A stretch of 50,410 nucleotides of DNA, taken from Octopus bimaculoides (lineage: Eukaryota). Numbering within the stretch: the first letter of the stretch is position 1; every line of letters starts with the position of its first letter. Both the position numbers and the translations under genes were made by a program. The stretch lies in the NCBI RefSeq assembly GCF_001194135.2, contig NC_068983.1, forward strand, positions 137,932,169 to 137,982,578, in the 5' to 3' direction. The notes under the pieces are model-generated. The model was not told the DNA's origin, did no database searches, and worked only from the letters and a program-made list of their open reading frames with translations. Below are positions 48,462 to 50,410 of the stretch, in pieces.

Positions 48462-50230
48462 TTTATAATCCATAATTCATCCACACGCGTTTATAATTCA
48501 TAATTCTTCCGATGAGCCGCTGTTGCTAAATGCAAAGATGTGTTAATTCTGCACCTAAATCGATCAATAATTCCTCAGAGCAACTACACTGCGAACAATG
48601 TAGGACAAAGAACTATCAGGGTATAGTACTAAACTGCCCACTTCTATTCAAAGCCAGTAATCGGTGAAAGGAAATATAGTACTTATAAAATGTAAATCAC
48701 ATAAGGTTGAGATGGTATTAAAACATGAAACGGCATGACTTTCTACTGTAGTTTTACTGTACTAGACTAAAATTGATAAAAATGGATGAGACAAATATAT
48801 TCCAAGTAGTACCAAAATATATCATCATTTAGGTCAGACATATTGCTTGCACTAATACCTATAGAGAAGTCATTGGCGTAGAAGACAGACTAGTTAATTA
48901 AAGTTAGAAAGAGAAAAATAATCTACGATTTAATTCTATTTATGAGACTGTAATCTGTTGATGAGAAAATATTTCAAAATTAAGCTAAGAAGAATTAAAT
49001 GAATTCAGTGTGTATGGTAGGATTTAAAAAAACAAAAAACAATTATTAAGAAAGAAAGAACTGAAAAGTTCCTCAATAAATAAAGTACAACTGATTAAAT
49101 TAATAAATCGATGAGAGAGAAGTAAAATGCTAGAAAATTAAAGATGTTTAAGTGTAGTAAGATAACTAAATGCATCGCTTTAAGAATTACTTATGATAAC
49201 GCACAATTTTAAAACCATTAAAACCAAGGATATTGATGAAAAGCAAATAAGAGAATATACTATGAGTAAAAGATAACAGTAATACTAGCGCTAGTATTAC
49301 TATCATTCTTATACCAGAAGGTACTGAATTTTAAAATTTAATTTAATTTCATTAATGATATAATGTTATTATTAATTTTTACTCATACTATATTCTCTTA
49401 TTTGGTTTTCATCAACATCCTTGGTTTTAATGGTTTTAAAATTGTTTGTATCTTGATTATCATAAGTAATTAAGGTGATGCATTTAGTTATCTTACTACT
49501 CTTAACTATCTTTAATTTTCTAGTATTTTAATTCTCTCCCATCGATTTATTAATTTAATCAGTTGTACTTTATCTATTGAGGAACTTTTCAGTTCTTTCT
49601 TTCTCAATCAGCGTTTTTTTTCTTAAATCCTACCATACATACTGAAATCATCTCATTCTTCTTAGTTTAATTTTGAAATATTTTCTCATCAACGGATTAC
49701 AGTCTCATAAATAGAATTAAATCACAGATCATTTTTCTCTTTCTAACTTTAATTATCTAGTCTGTCTTCTACGCCAATGACTTCTCTATAGGTATCAGTG
49801 TTAGCAATTTATCTGAGCTAAATGATAATATATTTTGGAACTACTTGGAATATATTTGTGTCATCTATTTTTATCAATTTTAGACTAGGACAAAAAAAAG
49901 TTTAGCTACAGTAGAAAGTCATGCCGTTTCATTTTGTAACACCACCTCAGCCTTATGGGATTTACATTTTATAAGAATTATATTTCCCGTTAAACCATTA
50001 CTGACTTTGGATAGAAGTGGGCAGTTTACTACTATATCCTGATAGTTCTATGTTCTACGATATTCGCAGTGTGGTTGCTCCGAGGAAGATGCACGAGCGT
50101 TGGTTTTCTAGATCTATGTAATACTCTTCTCGGTTAATTACAGGACGATTTAAGTGCAGAATTAACGCATCAGTGTATTACTTAACACCGGCACATTTGA
50201 AACGTGCGCAGGCGAATTATGGATTATAAA
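48462..50230. repeat. Long degenerate inverted repeat (fold-back palindrome)
   Basis: 48571-49271 pairs with 49377-50087 (e.g. catgaaacggcatgactttctactgtag vs ctacagtagaaagtcatgccgtttcat). Outer matches: 48541-48562 with ~50146-50167, and 48462-48478 with 50214-50230. Confidence 0.95.
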
Positions 50231-50410
50231 TTAAGAATAAAAAATATATAGTTCTCCATTCTTCTTTGTGTTTTAGATATGTATGTATGCATGCATGTAC
50301 TTATGCATGTGTGTATCTATATATGTATGAATGTATGTGTCTGTGTATATATATGTATGCATGTCTATATATACATATATATACATATACATGTATATAT
50401 ATATATATAT

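Overview
AT-rich, repeat-saturated animal DNA from a gapped scaffold (five N gaps: 7419-7691, 18202-18530, 28404-28866, 37479-38369, 42284-42324). The tRNA-derived SINEs, compound microsatellites and transposon mix resemble what I recall of octopod cephalopod (Octopus-like) genomes; this taxon assignment is inference from memory, not a search. I find no intact host protein-coding gene, rRNA, tRNA gene or CRISPR array, so the window looks intergenic or intronic. Most supplied ORFs are microsatellite or N-gap artefacts, or pieces of dead transposons. Recognisable elements: Tc1/mariner relics (two DD34D mariner pseudogenes, a mariner MITE, a DD37D maT relic and two rosa/DD41D-type relics), RTE LINE fragments, two R4/Dong-like fragments, an L1/Tx1-like element, Penelope-like fragments and several SINEs. 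The most unusual structures are: (1) a ~1.8 kb degenerate palindrome (48462-50230) whose inner region holds a perfect loop-less palindrome and which lies next to a Penelope N-terminal fragment; (2) a DD41D element built from two inverted copies of its own 3' end (23748-24630); (3) a Tx1-like LINE flanked on both sides by (CTAT)n, with a second 3' end also joined to (CTAT)n, suggesting microsatellite targeting; (4) several isolated perfect short hairpins. Identities quoted are by-eye estimates.
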